A stretch of 64,000 bases of DNA, from positions 7,276 to 71,275 of the forward strand of contig CAMLPV010000011.1 in the NCBI GenBank assembly GCA_946482005.1, given 5' to 3'. The DNA is from an uncultured Gilliamella sp. (lineage in GTDB: Bacteria; Pseudomonadota; Gammaproteobacteria; Enterobacterales; Orbaceae). A program made the position numbers and the translations under genes. The notes beneath the pieces were generated by a model that saw nothing but the letters and a program-made list of their open reading frames with translations, made no database searches and was not told the origin of the DNA. Positions 61,279-64,000 of the stretch are shown in pieces; positions within the stretch are counted from its first letter, which is position 1, and each line of letters starts with the position of its first letter.

Positions 61279-63711
61279 TTAGATAACATGTTCTGTTCTT
61301 GCAATAATGTCATCTTGAGTATCAGGTGATAGTGCTGTAAAGAATGCTGAATAACCAGCAACACGAACAACTAAGTCACGATATTGATCTGGATGTGCTT
61401 TAGCTGCAAGTAACGTATCACGCGAAACAACATTATATTGAACATGCCATCCTTTATGGACTTCAAAGAATGTTCTTAACATCATCATGAGTTTTAACTT
61501 ATCACGCGGATTGTCTAAGGTTGATGGGTTGAGTTTTTGGTTTAACAGCACGCCACCAAGAATTTTATCCGTTGGTAATTTACCTAATGAGTTAAATACT
61601 GCTGTTGGTCCTAAGGTATCCGTACCAGATGATGGGCTAGCACCTTCGGCTAACGGTGTCCATGCTTTACGTCCATCAGGTGTTGCCGCAGTTTGGGCAC
61701 CAAATGGCACATTGGCAGAGATAGAGGAAGTACCAGCGTAATAAGTACCACCAATTGGACCACGACCATAGCGAGGGTTACGATAATTTTTTAACTCATC
61801 AATATAATAGTTATATAATTCAGCTAAAAGATAATCCACTTCATCGTTATCATTACCGTATTTCGGCGCATTATTGAGTAAGCGTTGACGTAATTGTTCG
61901 CCCGCAGAACCTTCAAAGTTTTCAGCCAATGCTTTAGCTAAATCGGATTGTTTGATGATGTGTTCATCAAAAATTAGTTTTTTAACTGCTTCAAAGCTGT
62001 TAGTAGTATTGGCTAGTCCGACTTGTAAGCCCGATACCCAATCATATTTCGCGCCACCTTGTTTAAGCGTTTTACCACGTTCAATACAATCATCAACTAG
62101 TACTGAGCAAATAATGTCATGAGCATTTTCTTCTAAGATAGTATCAATCACATACTCAATTTCGATTGATTTTCGAGTATAGTAGCGAATTTGTTTATCC
62201 CATTGGGCTTTAACTTCGTCAAAACTTTTGAAGTTATTTTTACTAAGTGCTTGTTCTTGCGGTAGATAAACAACACCACTGGTTGCATCCTTACCTCCCT
62301 CTAAAGTTGCAAGTGCAACACGAGCAAAGTTAATAAAGCTCATCCCCGTGCAACGATATCCCCATTTACCCGGCACCGCAGTTTCAATACAGCCGATAGC
62401 AGAATATTGGTAAGCGTCCTCACGTTCTACACCGAGTTTAATAAATTCAGGAATAACGATTTCGTCATTATTAAACGCTGGCATACCAAAACCACAACGA
62501 ATAACTTGTACGCAAGCATCTAAAAAGTCATCACTCATTCCAGCATGATAGCGTACACTTAAATTAGGTTGAGTTGATTTTAATCGTCCGCAAGACTCTA
62601 AAATAGCATAAGATAATGAGTTAACTGCATCAACAGCGACATCATCTACCAGTTTTTGTCCGCCAATTGTCACGTTTTGATACATCGGACTACCGGCTGA
62701 GCTTTTAGAGTGTGAACCTGAACGGATTTTATTGACTTCTAATAGTTTTAACCAACAGCTGTGCAATAACTCAATTGCCGCTTCGCGAGACAATGTTTTT
62801 TCTTGCTCAACATCTTTTTCATACCATGAAGAAAGATATTGGTCCATGCGACCGAACGATACTGAGTGACCATTTGATTCAATTTGTAACAGTAACATAA
62901 CAAAATAACATAATTGTACAGCTTGCCAGAATGTTTCTGGTGGTCTATGAGCGATAACATCACAGTTCTTAGCAATCTGTAATAATTCATCTTTACGCCA
63001 TGAACGTTCTTCTTTAGTTGCCATTTCACGGGCTAATTGAGCATAACGTTCAATGTATTCACTCATGGCCTGCATTGAAATTTCAGATGCTTTTAAGAAA
63101 TGATCTTTATGGAAATCATCAAAATCAGTGGTATTGATGCGACTACGACGTTCTTTAATTTTGTCAATAATACCATCAATGCCTTTTTCCAAAATAAATG
63201 GGAAGTTAACAGCAAGATGAGCATCACCAGAATTCATATTCCCTTCGGCTTTGATCATAACAGTATCAAGCAATGATTTGTGTTCATCACTGAATAGTGC
63301 ATAACAGCGGTCAAGTACCGTTTGGCCGTGCCACCATGGACAAATGCGGTGTAAAACTTCTTTATCTTGTTCGGTAACTTCAAATCCTGCACCAGGGCGA
63401 TCACCTAATACATCTATCTCTTTTTCAACCCAACCAACGGTATATTCTGGAAATATTGGTGCAGCTCTTGGTGAACTTGCTTGATTACCAACGATTAATT
63501 CATCGTGTTTTATCCAAATTGTTTTTTTACTTAAATGATTTGCTAATGCATAAGCGCGACGTAATACAACTGGTTTTGCCAAATGTTCTTGGTAAGATTC
63601 GGTATAATGTTCTGCACGTTCTACGCAAATCGGTGGTTTAATAATATGAATCAATGCATTTTTATGTGCTTTAATCCTTGGTGTGACAGTAGTAAGGTCT
63701 AGAGTAGACAT
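61279..63711 (-). CDS. ybiW: Glycyl radical enzyme YbiW/PflF
   Basis: ESNGHSVSFGR, IGCIE, C-terminal RVAGYS glycyl-radical motif, 810 aa. Confidence 0.9.
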   Translation of the reverse strand: MSTLDLTTVTPRIKAHKNALIHIIKPPICVERAEHYTESYQEHLAKPVVLRRAYALANHLSKKTIWIKHDELIVGNQASSPRAAPIFPEYTVGWVEKEIDVLGDRPGAGFEVTEQDKEVLHRICPWWHGQTVLDRCYALFSDEHKSLLDTVMIKAEGNMNSGDAHLAVNFPFILEKGIDGIIDKIKERRSRINTTDFDDFHKDHFLKASEISMQAMSEYIERYAQLAREMATKEERSWRKDELLQIAKNCDVIAHRPPETFWQAVQLCYFVMLLLQIESNGHSVSFGRMDQYLSSWYEKDVEQEKTLSREAAIELLHSCWLKLLEVNKIRSGSHSKSSAGSPMYQNVTIGGQKLVDDVAVDAVNSLSYAILESCGRLKSTQPNLSVRYHAGMSDDFLDACVQVIRCGFGMPAFNNDEIVIPEFIKLGVEREDAYQYSAIGCIETAVPGKWGYRCTGMSFINFARVALATLEGGKDATSGVVYLPQEQALSKNNFKSFDEVKAQWDKQIRYYTRKSIEIEYVIDTILEENAHDIICSVLVDDCIERGKTLKQGGAKYDWVSGLQVGLANTTNSFEAVKKLIFDEHIIKQSDLAKALAENFEGSAGEQLRQRLLNNAPKYGNDNDEVDYLLAELYNYYIDELKNYRNPRYGRGPIGGTYYAGTSSISANVPFGAQTAATPDGRKAWTPLAEGASPSSGTDTLGPTAVFNSLGKLPTDKILGGVLLNQKLNPSTLDNPRDKLKLMMMLRTFFEVHKGWHVQYNVVSRDTLLAAKAHPDQYRDLVVRVAGYSAFFTALSPDTQDDIIARTEHVI

Positions 63712-63725
63712 AAGTTTCTCCTTGG

Positions 63726-64000
63726 TTATCCTCGTAAAACAGCGGTTAACTGTTTTTGTTCGGCATAGTTGGTTGCAAAATCAATGATATTTGCGTCATT
63801 TAGAGGTTCTTTAGGTGCGTGATAAGGCAGATCGAGCATTTTGTATTTGTTTATACCTAAAGTGTGATATGGTAAAAAATGGATCTCATCAGTCGGTATT
63901 TCGCTAGCGACAAAATCGACAATACTTTTTATCGATTTTTCATCAGCATTAAATCCTTGAATTAATGGCACTCGGACAGTGATTTTTTTGTTAGCATTAG
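63726..64000 (-). CDS. ybiY: GRE activating enzyme YbiY/PflE, C-terminal part
   Basis: [21 protein letters not shown]; directly upstream of ybiW. Confidence 0.85.
   Translation of the reverse strand, partial: NANKKITVRVPLIQGFNADEKSIKSIVDFVASEIPTDEIHFLPYHTLGINKYKMLDLPYHAPKEPLNDANIIDFATNYAEQKQLTAVLRG

Overview
AT-rich gammaproteobacterial chromosome window. Gene content and style suggest Orbaceae such as the bee-gut symbiont Gilliamella; this is inferred, not proven. Bases 1-29.6 kb are mostly core genes: mltB, ldhA, ampG, trxB-cydDC, rsfS-rlmH-ybeY-corC-lnt, gltIJKL, recD, nadR-pnuC, ftsB-ispDF-truD-pcm, tusE and tRNA-Ser(TGA), plus a small AT-rich GNAT+ASCH cassette. From the tRNA-Ser 3' end to about 58.5-59 kb lies a composite, partly decayed genomic island with two P4-like integrase relics. 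It carries four modules. (i) The remains of a secondary-metabolite locus: FMO-like oxidoreductase, SDR stump, EmrAB, EntD-like PPTase pseudogene and AraC. (ii) An intact, tightly coupled 10-kb four-gene operon: ClpB-like AAA+ ATPase, NrdG-like radical SAM protein, a 2084-aa Zn-ribbon/pseudokinase/DUF4011-like/SF1-helicase/nuclease fusion, and a 449-aa coiled-coil protein. This is the best candidate for an undescribed defence or conflict system. (iii) A high-GC Tat-exported CocE/NonD hydrolase, lipocalin-like gene and LysR. (iv) An intact AfsA-family butyrolactone/butenolide-like biosynthetic operon. The window ends with DeoR, a secreted two-lobed aspartyl protease flanked by a duplicated pflF 3' end, and pflF/pflE (ybiW/ybiY).
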